Source of the DNA: Octopus sinensis
Taxonomy: Eukaryota
DNA length: 64,000 nt
NCBI RefSeq assembly: GCF_006345805.1
Contig: NC_042997.1
Coordinates: forward strand, 27,590,001 to 27,654,000
Direction of reading: 5' to 3'
The position numbers and the translations under genes were made by a program. This document shows positions 26,180-37,205 of the stretch, piece by piece. Numbering within the stretch: the first letter of the stretch is position 1; the number at the start of each line of letters is the position of its first letter. The notes beneath the pieces were generated by a model that was given only the letters and a program-made list of their open reading frames with translations, did no database searches and was not told where the DNA came from.

Positions 26180-27446
26180 GCAGGGTGTGTGTGTGTGTCT
26201 ACGTGAATATAATTTATGCACGCCTACAAATTAGCACGCACGTCGCTCCAATTTTAGGAGGACATTCGGTATGACCCTAGCTGTATTTTCGTCAACTTAT
26301 TTTTCCTAGAGGCACCAACGAATAGCAGTAAAAATAATTTTCCAACCAAAATTTTTTACAATTTTCAAGTTGGAGAAATCACCATTGTTTGCAAATAGGA
26401 GTTAAGTCCACTTCTAGCGACGAGTAAGTTTTGTTAAGACTTTTGTTGTTTTATTTTTCTCCATCGAGGAAAAAAGTGTTTTGTCGATCTACGGGCAACA
26501 CTCACACACGCACACACACACACACACACACACATGAACATGTATGCGTACAAAAGACGTATGCAATAGGTGTACGTACATATGTGTATGTATGAGTGTG
26601 TGTTGCCCTTATATATATATTTATTTGAAGTCTCTACTTATGTCATTACAGGCTGACCAGGCCATACTCTTTCTAGTTAGAAAGTATTTTCCAGAAAGTC
26701 TTTTCCAAGATATTTATAATCAGAAACCATATTTAAGGGCGCGTTGTTGAGAGTATGGATGATGCAATCACTGTTGGACAGGCACTTGTTTATGTATTCA
26801 GTTTTGGCCTCATTGAGGTAAAGACCTACACAATTTGAGGCTTGTTCAAGAGATTGTAAAAGAGACTGGGCATTGGAGAGAGAATCACTAATAAGAGCGA
26901 TGTCGTCAGCAAAGTCAGTGTCTGTCAAGTACTCAGCTGGGTGTCTGGAACTTCTTCTTGGTTTTATTTCAAAGCCTTTGCCAGAGATGGTATCAACTGA
27001 CATACGTAGCACTTGAAATATTCAAAGCCACAGTCGAACCAATTCTACTATATGGCTCAGAAACCTGGACGTTATCAAAGAAGCTTGAGAGGCGGTTGGA
27101 TGGAACCTACACTCGCCTCCTTATGAGAGCTCAAAATCTCTCGTGGAAGCGCCATCCAACCAAAATGCAAATATATGGGAAACTACCACCTGTGTCATCT
27201 CTTGTGAAAGGTAGGAGAGTCCAGTTTGCTGGACATTGTTGTAGAGCTGAAAAAGAAGTAATTTCTACTCTTCTCCTCTGGAAGCCATCTACTCGCAATA
27301 CCAGAGGGCGCACACTCTCCTACCCTGATGTAATCTCCAGGGATACAGACATCCAGCAACAGGACCTCCGTAATGCCATGATGGACCGTGAAGTCTGGCG
27401 TAGCATGGTAAATTCCATTGTCTCGACCACGGTCGAACAATGATGA

Positions 27447-27529
<83 letters not shown>

Positions 27530-27648
27530 AATTTTAACAGATTTCGCCTAAATTTACGTCCATGCTACTTAGTTTGGTTTGAAATAAAGAACTTGATTAG
27601 CTTAATAATCCTAACTTAATCCCAAGCAAAGACGGGATATTGTGCTAG
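26180..27648 (+). mobile_element. Probable non-autonomous Helitron-like element, interrupted by an RTE LINE
   Basis: Shares aatttatgcac...caaattagcacgc body with 17810-17990. Ends cccaagcaaagacggg...tgCTAG|T at 27648. Confidence 0.5.
26642..27450. mobile_element. RTE-clade LINE, 5'-truncated with inverted 5' segment
   Basis: Minus segment about 26642-27003 encodes RT (DFADDIAL...GLYLN..KT...YKYLG...AWSACND). Plus segment about 27009-27443 encodes the continuation LEIFKATVEPILLYGSETW. Ends in a (TGA)n tail. Confidence 0.9.
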
Positions 27649-28409
27649 TTATAATTATTCAGTAGTCTTAATTTTATCACGCGCTTTCACTTCACTAGCG
27701 ATTAAAGCTCTGTGTACCTTGCGTATGTGCTGTGGTTTGTAGAGGTGATCTTATTTTACCTGTATGAAAAGTAGTTTACGTAGGATGTGTGCGGTGTCTA
27801 GCAGTGCTGTTTTCCTTATGCTATTTATAATTGTAAAGCCTGGTGTTTTTTGTTATGTATTTGTCTGAATGCTTTTTATCATACCTTTTATAATAGCAAT
27901 TGTTTCAGTATTTAGGCTTTTTATCAAAATTAATGCTCCTTTTATAATGTTAGTTTACATTTGTTGTTGTGGATTTTGTTGTTATTGCTGTTGTTGTTGC
28001 TGTCGCTGCTGCTGTTGTTGTAGTGGTTGTTGTTGTTGTAATTCAGGCGGTGACCTGAAAGAATCGTTAGCACCCTGGATGAAATGTGTTGCTGTATTTC
28101 AACTCGTCGCTACATTCTACGATCAAATTCCGCCAAAGTCGACTTTCCCTTTCATCGTTTCGGAGGTCGATAAAATTAGTACCAGTTACGAACTGGCGTC
28201 GATGTTAATCGTCTTTATCCCCTACTCCAAATTTGAGGACTTGTTCTTCCAGTAGAAAGTATTATGATTGTTGTTATTAATGTCTTTTTTTTTTGTCTTT
28301 GTATCATCCCAGGTTGAAGAACATGTAATAAAAAACTATTTTAATCATGTTGATATGAATTCATATGTTAACAGTTTACAAATACAGAGTAATAGATAAT
28401 TAACAGACA

Positions 28410-28470
<61 letters not shown>

Positions 28471-28500
28471 GTATATACATACATACATACATATATATAC

Positions 28501-28577
<77 letters not shown>

Positions 28578-28578
28578 C

Positions 28579-28621
<43 letters not shown>

Positions 28622-28643
28622 TATATATACATATATATGTATG

Positions 28644-28707
<64 letters not shown>

Positions 28708-28800
28708 CAAAGCAATTAAGATTCAAGTACTTGTAATAAAGCCTGTCTTTGTATGAAACAATTGTACTAAAAACTAATCCATTCTTGTTGCTTCTTTCTC

Positions 28801-28848
<48 letters not shown>

Positions 28849-28853
<5 letters not shown>

Positions 28854-29754
28854 TAAGGAAAAATTTTTTTAAAAAAACAGAATGCTCAAATGAAAGAAAA
28901 TTTTAATAAAATGAGAAAATGATAAAATATATAAATATATATTTATTCAACCGGTTTTCGTCATTGTATGACTTGTCAAGAATATTTATGTTTTAAGAAG
29001 TTATTTTAAAAATTAGAAATGGGAAAAAAAGAAAATTGCATTGTTTTTTGTAAAAGAATAATGATAAAAATGTACAAAAATTAAAAAATAAGTTCTCCGA
29101 TACATTGTGAGTTCGTTGTGTATCTTGAGTTTTATGGTTGTTTACCAAAAAATTACCTTGAGGTGTTAAGATCCAAAGGGATTAAGAGCATGTGATGTGT
29201 TGTGTTGTTAAATTCAGCATGTTGCAGGACAGGAATATAAAAAAGATAATGCAAATGAAGCTAAAATGATAGTTTTATAATTTGGGTTTTATTGAAGAAC
29301 TCAAAAGAGTTGTCTCCCCTTACCCACAACACAGGAACTGAAGAACCAGGACCACAATTACTACTACTTCCTGTCCTGCAACATGCTGAATTTAACAACA
29401 CAACACATCACATGCTCTTAATCCCTTTGGATCTTAACACCTCAAGGTAATTTTTTGGTAAACAACCATAAAACTCAAGATACACAACGAACTCACAATG
29501 TATCGGAGAACTTATTTTTTAATTTTTGTACATTTTTATCATTATTCTTTTACAAAAAACAATGCAATTTTCTTTTTTTCCCATTTCTAATTTTTAAAAT
29601 AACTTCTTAAAACATAAATATTCTTGACAAGTCATACAATGACGAAAACCGGTTGAATAAATATATATTTATATATTTTATCATTTTCTCATTTTATTAA
29701 AATTTTCTTTCATTTGAGCATTCTGTTTTTTTAAAAAAATTTTTCCTTACTTAT
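28849..29754. repeat. Long inverted repeat (387-bp arms, about 130-bp spacer), PLE-terminus-like
   Basis: Arms 28849-29235 and 29368-29754 appear identical by eye. Each carries a hammerhead-like motif (29619-29659 on +). Confidence 0.9.
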
Positions 29755-29904
29755 CATTTCTCCACGTGCGGTCAACACAACCCCACCATTTATTGATCTA
29801 TATATATATATATATACATTTAGCTTCCGATGGGTAAATTGGGGCCATTTTATATTTTAAAATCGTGCATACGATTTCTTTATATTTTATTCGACTTGTA
29901 AGCT

Positions 29905-30210
29905 TAGATCAGGTGCATGGAGGAGTCAGTGCTGCACTGGATCAAGATGGTAGCTACTGGAAATGACCATATCTGGTAACAGGACTCTGCACCATGCCAC
30001 ACAAGAAGAAGAACCCAGTCATGGCTGTGAGACAATTTCTGCGATGACACCACCCCTAACGTCTGGACACCTAACTCCTCATACTGAAACATTATTGATT
30101 ATTAAGTGTGGGGCGCATTTGAGCGAGCGACCAACAAAACTCTTTCTAACACCAAAGATGAACCTAAGGCAAGGACTTTGACAGTTTTCACCAACTTAAG
30201 CAAGGAGACT
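29905..30210 (+). pseudogene. Tc1/mariner-superfamily transposase fragment
   Basis: Across frames: QDSAPCHT, VWTPNS, IDY.VWGAFERATN, matching the catalytic C-terminal half of DDD/E transposases. Confidence 0.7.
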
Positions 30211-30211
30211 G

Positions 30212-30242
<31 letters not shown>

Positions 30243-30293
30243 GTGTATATATATATATATGTATACACACACACACATATATATATATATATA

Positions 30294-30425
30294 CAGGGTG
30301 TCCCCAAAAAATGTATACACACCTTAAATAATTGTAAATTTGTCATTCTTTGTAAGCCTAGTACTTATTCTATCGTCCTCTTTTGCCGAACCACTATGTG
30401 TATACATTTTGGGGGGGACACCCTG
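30294..30425. mobile_element. Tc1-derived MITE
   Basis: About 28-bp TIRs cagggtgtccccaaaaaatgtatacaca / tgtgtatacattttggggggacaccctg, flanked by TA. Confidence 0.75.
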
Positions 30426-30456
<31 letters not shown>

Positions 30457-30639
30457 TTATATATATATATATGTAGTAAACAATATATTTTAAAGTAAAA
30501 ACAAAAATTATATAACTATCTTGCATTCATGACATACATTAATACAACAAATACGTTAAGACTTTCAGAAAATATTAAAATATACACATAATATATATTA
30601 GATTTGCAAAATTACTTTGGTTGTTCTTACCTTCGTAAT

Positions 30640-31040
30640 TATGGAAGTATCGTCTTTCAGTATTAATATGTAATCTTTTCCGTTTGCCCTTTATTCGAGG
30701 TGTCTTCTTGTATATTTGACTGGAAATTCTGTATATTTGGATGGAATTCCCCGTGGTATAACAAGAGGGGAATGCAGAAAAGCCTTCTTCCGTCTGAATG
30801 TAATTAATCAATCCATAAAATCTGACCTCCTTATTATCGATTACAGAATCACAATCTATACGTCTCCGCTTTAATTGTTTTGTTTGTTTGAGGTTAAGCA
30901 CGTCATGATAGACGACACCCTTCATATCACGACAAATACACAATATTTTTAGGAGGCTGTCCTTGATTACGAATAGATTCTCCTTCTCGACTGTGATGAG
31001 CCAGCAAATGTACGTTTGACTTGGAAAGATCACCATGTGA
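30640..31040 (-). pseudogene. Old mariner relic (unit B copy; a partial second copy at 33430-33620)
   Basis: ICRDMKGVVYHDVLNLK motif; paralogous to 7830-8200. Confidence 0.55.
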
Positions 31041-31448
31041 CATAAAACTTATCTGGTAGAAAAAAAATATTCTTCCGGTAAAGAAAATGTATTCGGAGGA
31101 AATTCAACGTTTGTATGAATAATATATTATTACATACATAATTCGTTAGGAATTTATCATTTATCAGAAGAATACTAAAAAAATTTTTATAAAGAGAAGA
31201 GGTGTAAAACTAACAACAACAAAACTTATATTTCCTTTTATTGTTTGTTTACTTCTCGGTTATCACAAAGCGTGGGTGTGGGAAGACTTAAGGTGCGAAC
31301 GTAGTAGTCATAGTAAGTAGGAAGTTGAATGTAAAATACGTTGCCTTGTGTACTTTCTCGTTCTATTTTTAATGCATTATCTAGTTTATAATGTCTACTA
31401 CAGATATCTATCTGTCTGTCTATCTATCTATCTAGCTAGCTAGCTAGC

Positions 31449-32530
31449 TGGCACCGCGAGTGTCGCGTTGCTCTCAAGCAACTTTGCCGTACTGGGTCGA
31501 CCTTGAGTGACTTCATCACAACCAATGCATTCTATAGGTGATTAGTGGAGGGGAGGTACGACGACGAGCTCTGGGCGAACCTGGACGTCGACGAGGAGTA
31601 CCTGACCCGCTTGTTCGGGACGACTTTCGGGCCACGGCCCATGGACAACTTCCAGAGATCCCTGGCCTGGCAGTGCTACCGAGAAGCGCTACCCGTTCGG
31701 GATAAGCTCTACAGACACAGCTCGAGAAACACGGGGCCGACCTGCCCGAGATGCGGGCAGAGCGACGAAACCGTTCTGCACGCAATCGTCCAGTGTCCAA
31801 CAATCTCCGACCTGTGGGCCTATGTCGAACGACTGCTGTCACGTGTGGGACGTGTCGGTTTATCAGCCGAGTCTATCGTTAATATCGTCACGCCTCCTTC
31901 CTTCAAACGGGAAGGAAGAGCTATTTTTATCATACTTGTGGTTATAGCGAAAGAATGTATCTGGTGGACGCGCCTGAAAGGATTAGAGACAAACACTTTC
32001 CTCTCTGGTCAATCTCTCATCAACTTCTTCAAGTATCACTTGAAGAGGAAAGTGAGAGTAGAGAGGCAAGTGTTGTCTAGTGAATGTTTTCAAAAAAGAT
32101 GGGTGAATGTAGCAAGGATGGCACGTATGAATGACGAAGCCACCTTGACTATTATACTATGAACCGTAACAATTAATACAGAGAGTTGCTTATTTGTAAA
32201 AAAATATAACATGTGACTTCATTGACCGAGGTTACCGTGGTCTTTTCCGTAGACTTTTCTTTCCACGGTTAACCCTCACCTGTCCTCCTCTGTACACTTC
32301 ATATTGACATTTCTGTGATAACGATCCCTAGTGATCAATATTTTTTCTTTCCTTTTTTTTTTCCTTTCCTTTTTTAAAAAATCTATCCCCCCTCCTTTTT
32401 TGTCCTATTTCTTTCCTTTTACGATCCCTTTTGATCGAAAACCAAACCCCCTTTTTTACCCCCAAAAGAAAAGGTCTACCTTGTAATTTGTCCTGTCTGT
32501 ATGCAGCACTGTGTGGCTAATAAAGAAACA
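31449..32530 (+). mobile_element. Tx1/L1-clade non-LTR retrotransposon, 5'-truncated
   Basis: ORF 31545-32162 with [18 protein letters not shown]. 3' end ggctaataaagaaaca runs directly into (TATC)n, and (TATC)n also lies on the 5' side. Confidence 0.9.
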
Positions 32531-32577
<47 letters not shown>

Positions 32578-32602
32578 ATCTATCTTTCTGCACATATATA
32601 TG

Positions 32603-32683
<81 letters not shown>

Positions 32684-32686
<3 letters not shown>

Positions 32687-33088
32687 TGGCTGTGTGGTAA
32701 GTAGCTTGCTTACCAATCACATATTTCCGGGTTCAGTCCCACTGCGTGGCACCTTGGGCAAGTGTCTTCTACTATAGCCTCGGGCCGACCAGAGCCTTGT
32801 GATTGGATTTGGTAGACGGAAACTGAAAGAAGCCCGTCGTATATATGTATGTATGTATGTATGTGTGTGTATATATGTGTGTGTCTGTGTTTGTCCCCCT
32901 AGCATTGCTTGACAACCGATGTTGGTGTGTTTACGTCCTTGTCACCTAGCGGTTCGGCAAAAGAGACCAATAGAATAAGTACTGGGCTTACAAAGAATAA
33001 GTCCCGGGGTCGATTTGCTCGACTAAAGGCGGTGGTCCAGCATGGCCGCAGTCAAATGACTGAAACAAATAAAAGAGTAAAAGAGAAA
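32684..33088 (+). mobile_element. tRNA-derived SINE (family 2)
   Basis: gagtggctgtgtggtaagtagcttgc...ccgggttcagtccc head and (taaaagag) tail. Confidence 0.85.
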
Positions 33089-33145
33089 AGAGCAAGTATG
33101 TATGTATGTGTGTAATTATATATATATATACATATAAATAAATAT

Positions 33146-33215
<70 letters not shown>

Positions 33216-33989
33216 TCGATATGCATTTATAAATGAGGGGGAAAAATTTGATATTAATTTAATAATACCATCAATTTAACACCAAGTGGCTTAGCACATA
33301 AAATCCAAGGGAAAAATACATCGATATACATATATCTATATTATATATGTATATGTGTGTGTGTGTATGTATGTATTATGTAAGTATTTAACAGTTTAAC
33401 ACCACTTTTCTCGCGCTATATTATTTATTACAGAATCACAATCTATACGTCTCCTCGTTAATTGTTTCCTTGAGGTTAAGCACGTCATGATAGACGACAC
33501 CCTTCATATCACGACAAATACACAATATTTTTAGGAGGCTGTCCTTGATTACGAATAGATTCTCCTTCTCGACTGTGATGAGCCAGCAAATGTACGTTTG
33601 ACTTGGCGAGATCACCATGTGACATAAAACTTATCTGGTAGAAAAAAAAATATTCTTCCGGTAAAGAAAATGTATTTGGAGGAAATTCAACGTTTGTATG
33701 AATAATATATTATTATATACACAATTCGTTAGGAATCTATCATTTATCAAAAGAATACTAAATTTCTTTTTATAAAGAGAAGAGGTGTAAAACTAACAAC
33801 AACATGACTTACATTTCCTTTTATTGTTTGTTTACTTCTCGGATATCACAAAGCGTGGGTGTGGGAAGGATAAAGGTGCGAACGTAGTAATCATAGTAAG
33901 TAGGAAGTTGAATGTAAAATACGTTGCCTTGTGTACTTTCTCGTTCTATTTTTAATGCATTATCTAGTTTATAATGTCTACTACAGATA

Positions 33990-34001
33990 TCTATCTGTCT
34001 G

Positions 34002-34066
<65 letters not shown>

Positions 34067-34080
34067 CTATCCATCTATCC

Positions 34081-34123
<43 letters not shown>

Positions 34124-34132
34124 CATCTATCC

Positions 34133-34171
<39 letters not shown>

Positions 34172-34172
34172 C

Positions 34173-34204
<32 letters not shown>

Positions 34205-34221
34205 GTCTATCTATCTATCTG

Positions 34222-34252
<31 letters not shown>

Positions 34253-34289
34253 GTCTATCTATCTATCTATCTATCTGTCTACCTGTCTG

Positions 34290-34323
<34 letters not shown>

Positions 34324-34324
34324 C

Positions 34325-34372
<48 letters not shown>
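33990..34372. repeat. Large (TATC)n/(TGTC)n microsatellite
   Basis: About 380 bp of tetranucleotide repeat. This is one of dozens of SSRs in the window (GATA, TA, CA, TACA, TAT, GA). Confidence 0.95.
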
Positions 34373-34374
<2 letters not shown>

Positions 34375-35180
34375 AAGCTCTATAGGCATGGCTCGAGAAA
34401 CACGGGGCCGACCAGCCCGAGATGCGTGCAGAGCGACGAAACCGTTCTGCACGCAATCGTCCAGTGTCCAACAATCTCCGACCTGTGGGCCTATGTCGAA
34501 CGACTGCTGTCACGTGTGGGACGTGTCGGTTAATCAGCCGAGTCTATCGTTAATATCGTCACGCCTCCTTCCTTCAAACGGGAAGGAAGAGCTATTTTTA
34601 TCATACTTATGGCTATGGCGAAAGAATGTATCTGGTGGACGCGCCTGAAAGGATTAGAGACAAACACTTTCCTCTCTGGTCAATCTCTCATCAACTTCTT
34701 CAAGTATCACTTGAAGAGGAAAGTGAGAGTAGAGAGGAAAGTGTTGTCTAGTGAATGTTTTGAAAAAAGATGGGTGAATGTAGCAAGGATGGCACGTATG
34801 AATGACGAAGCCACCTTGACTATGATCCTATGAACCGTAAAAATTAATACAGAGAGTTGCTTATTTGTAAAAAAATATAACATGTGACTTCATTGACCGA
34901 GGTTACCGTGGTCTTTTCCGTAGGCTTTTCTTTCCACGGTTAAACTTCACCTGTCCTCCCCTTTACACTTTATATTGACATTTCTGTGATAACGATCCCT
35001 ATTGATCAATTTTTTTCATTTTTTTCTTTAATTTTATTCCCCCCTTTTTTTGTCCTCTTTCTTTCCTTTTACGATCCCTTTTGATCGAAAACCAACCCCC
35101 CTTTTTTACCCCCAAAAGAAAAGCTCTACCTTGTAATTTGTCCTGTCTGTGTGCAGCCCTGTGTGGCTAATAAAGAAACA
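34373..35180 (+). mobile_element. Tx1/L1-clade non-LTR retrotransposon, shorter 5'-truncated copy
   Basis: Same family as 31449-32530; (TATC)n on both sides. Confidence 0.9.
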
Positions 35181-35192
35181 TCTATCTATCTA

Positions 35193-35225
<33 letters not shown>

Positions 35226-35272
35226 ATGTCTGACTGTCTGACTGTCTGTCTGTCTGTCTGTCTGACTGTCTG

Positions 35273-35323
<51 letters not shown>

Positions 35324-35334
35324 CTCTGCACATA

Positions 35335-35398
<64 letters not shown>

Positions 35399-35399
35399 T

Positions 35400-37130
35400 A
35401 TATATAGAAAAATATAGAAAAACTCATAGAATTCCAGAAAATTTTAAACGGACTGGACGTAAACATCGATGTAATATAGCCAACAACAACTCCCCTTCCT
35501 CGATATCCTCATTAAGAAAGCTAATAATATAATAGAAACAGACATATACTATAAGCCTACAGACTCTAAGCAATATCTTCCATTCAATTCATGCCACCCC
35601 AGACACACCAGGATGAATATCCCCTTCAATCTAGCAAAAAGGATATGCACTATAGTCTCTAACGCAAACACCAGAGACACACGACTACAAGAACTAAAAG
35701 ATACCCTTATCACCAGGAACTATCCACCTTCACTTATTGACAAGTGCATTCAACGTGCCCTTCAACTTAACATCAAGGAACTGAGACATCCCAAATCAAA
35801 GAAAAACTTACAACCAAAAGCCTTACCATACATCTCCACACACAACCCTCTCAATAACGAAGCCTTCGACACCATCCTCCACAACATACCCCTCCTAAAA
35901 AAAGACCACAGAATGAACACAATCCTCCAAACACACACGATCATAAAAAGCAAAGACAGCCTAGATCCATGAAAAGTCTCCTTACACAAGCCCGAATTCA
36001 CTCTTCACACAGAAGCCGACAGTAAAAAAATGTGGAAGACCCAATTGCGGGATATGCGACTATCTAATTGAGGGATCAGAGTTCTCCTTCAAACAGGGAC
36101 AACGGTTTACAGTGAAAAGCAACTTCACATGTGCTTCGGAGAACCTAATATACTCACTAACCTGCTCCGGGTGTCAAGAGCAGTACATAGGCCAAACAAA
36201 AAATGGTTTGCGTAAACGAATGGCCCTGCACAGATCCCAGATAAAAATTCCCCAAAACAGAAAAATAGCTTTTAGCCAACACATAGATACTTGCGCCAAC
36301 AAAAAAACACCAAACTTCAGAATTTTCCCCCTCTACCAATTTAGGGACGATACAACCTCGAGACAACGAATAAGTAAAGAAAATCTCTTTATTACAAAAT
36401 ACAAGCCACTTCTTAATGGGTCTACGACAAACAATTAATATACCTCAACTTTAGAATAAAAGAAATATATACACACACAAATATTACACTCCATAGAATC
36501 CATTACTAATCAGCCACATCACAGCTATACTTACACCCATTCATATTCTCCCTTCTCTGTTTTTTTCTTCTTCTTCTTCTTCCTCTTCTTCTTCATCATC
36601 ATCATTATCATCATCATCGTCGTCATCATCATCACCACCATCATCACCACCATCTTCTCCTTCTCCTTCTCCTTCTTCTTCTTCTTCTTCATCATCATCA
36701 TCAACATCGTCATCTTCTTCTTCTTCTACTTCTCCACCTTCCACCCTTAACCTTGTCACTAATGTCTTTCAGTATAACGCCTACGCAAATTCCATAAACA
36801 ATTCCTGAATTGAACTGCGACTACTGTCAGCCACTGACCATTCAAAATACGACCATTAAAGCATTCCCAGATTTCCCCACCCCCTCTCCACATCAGCCTC
36901 ATTATTCTTCACCTATCCTACCAAGAACTCAAAACGACCTCGAACACACAAGTGCAAACAAGGGAGTCAGAGAAAGGCAGAATGCTACTTATATCTGAAC
37001 ACTACTACAGAAATATACTTTTAAAAAAACTTTTCTTCTAATTTTTCTAAATTTAATTATTTAATCGTTACAGTTGAAAAGGTCTCAAAATGACCGAAAC
37101 CGGTACTGAAAGATTCACTATAAAATCATC
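35400..37130 (+). mobile_element. Penelope-like element, 5'-truncated (RT thumb, GIY-YIG endonuclease, 3' terminal region)
   Basis: TDIYYKPTDSKQYLPFNSCHP-HTRMNIPFNLAKRI (PLE RT end), CGRPNCGIC, and LIYSLTCSGCQEQYIGQTK (GIY-YIG). Frameshifted, with a hammerhead-like motif at 37071-37108. Confidence 0.9.
37071..37108 (+). ncRNA. Minimal type I hammerhead-ribozyme-like motif (U3:A8 core)
   Basis: cag TTGAAAA ggtc tcaaaat gacc GAA ACCGGT A ctg: stem I cag/ctg, stem II ggtc/gacc, palindromic stem III, GUA cleavage triplet. Confidence 0.6.
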
Positions 37131-37165
37131 TTAGCATTTTCTATTTTTGACTTGTTTTTTCATAC

Positions 37166-37205
<40 letters not shown>

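Noticed and set aside
28345-28756. Long low-complexity ORFs (YIYI, LSIY, CVCV, poly-I/Y) here and at 20043-20459, 26025-26234, 33931-34370, 45918-46366, 55173-55529 and 61243-61575
   Set aside because: These are translations of microsatellites, not genes.
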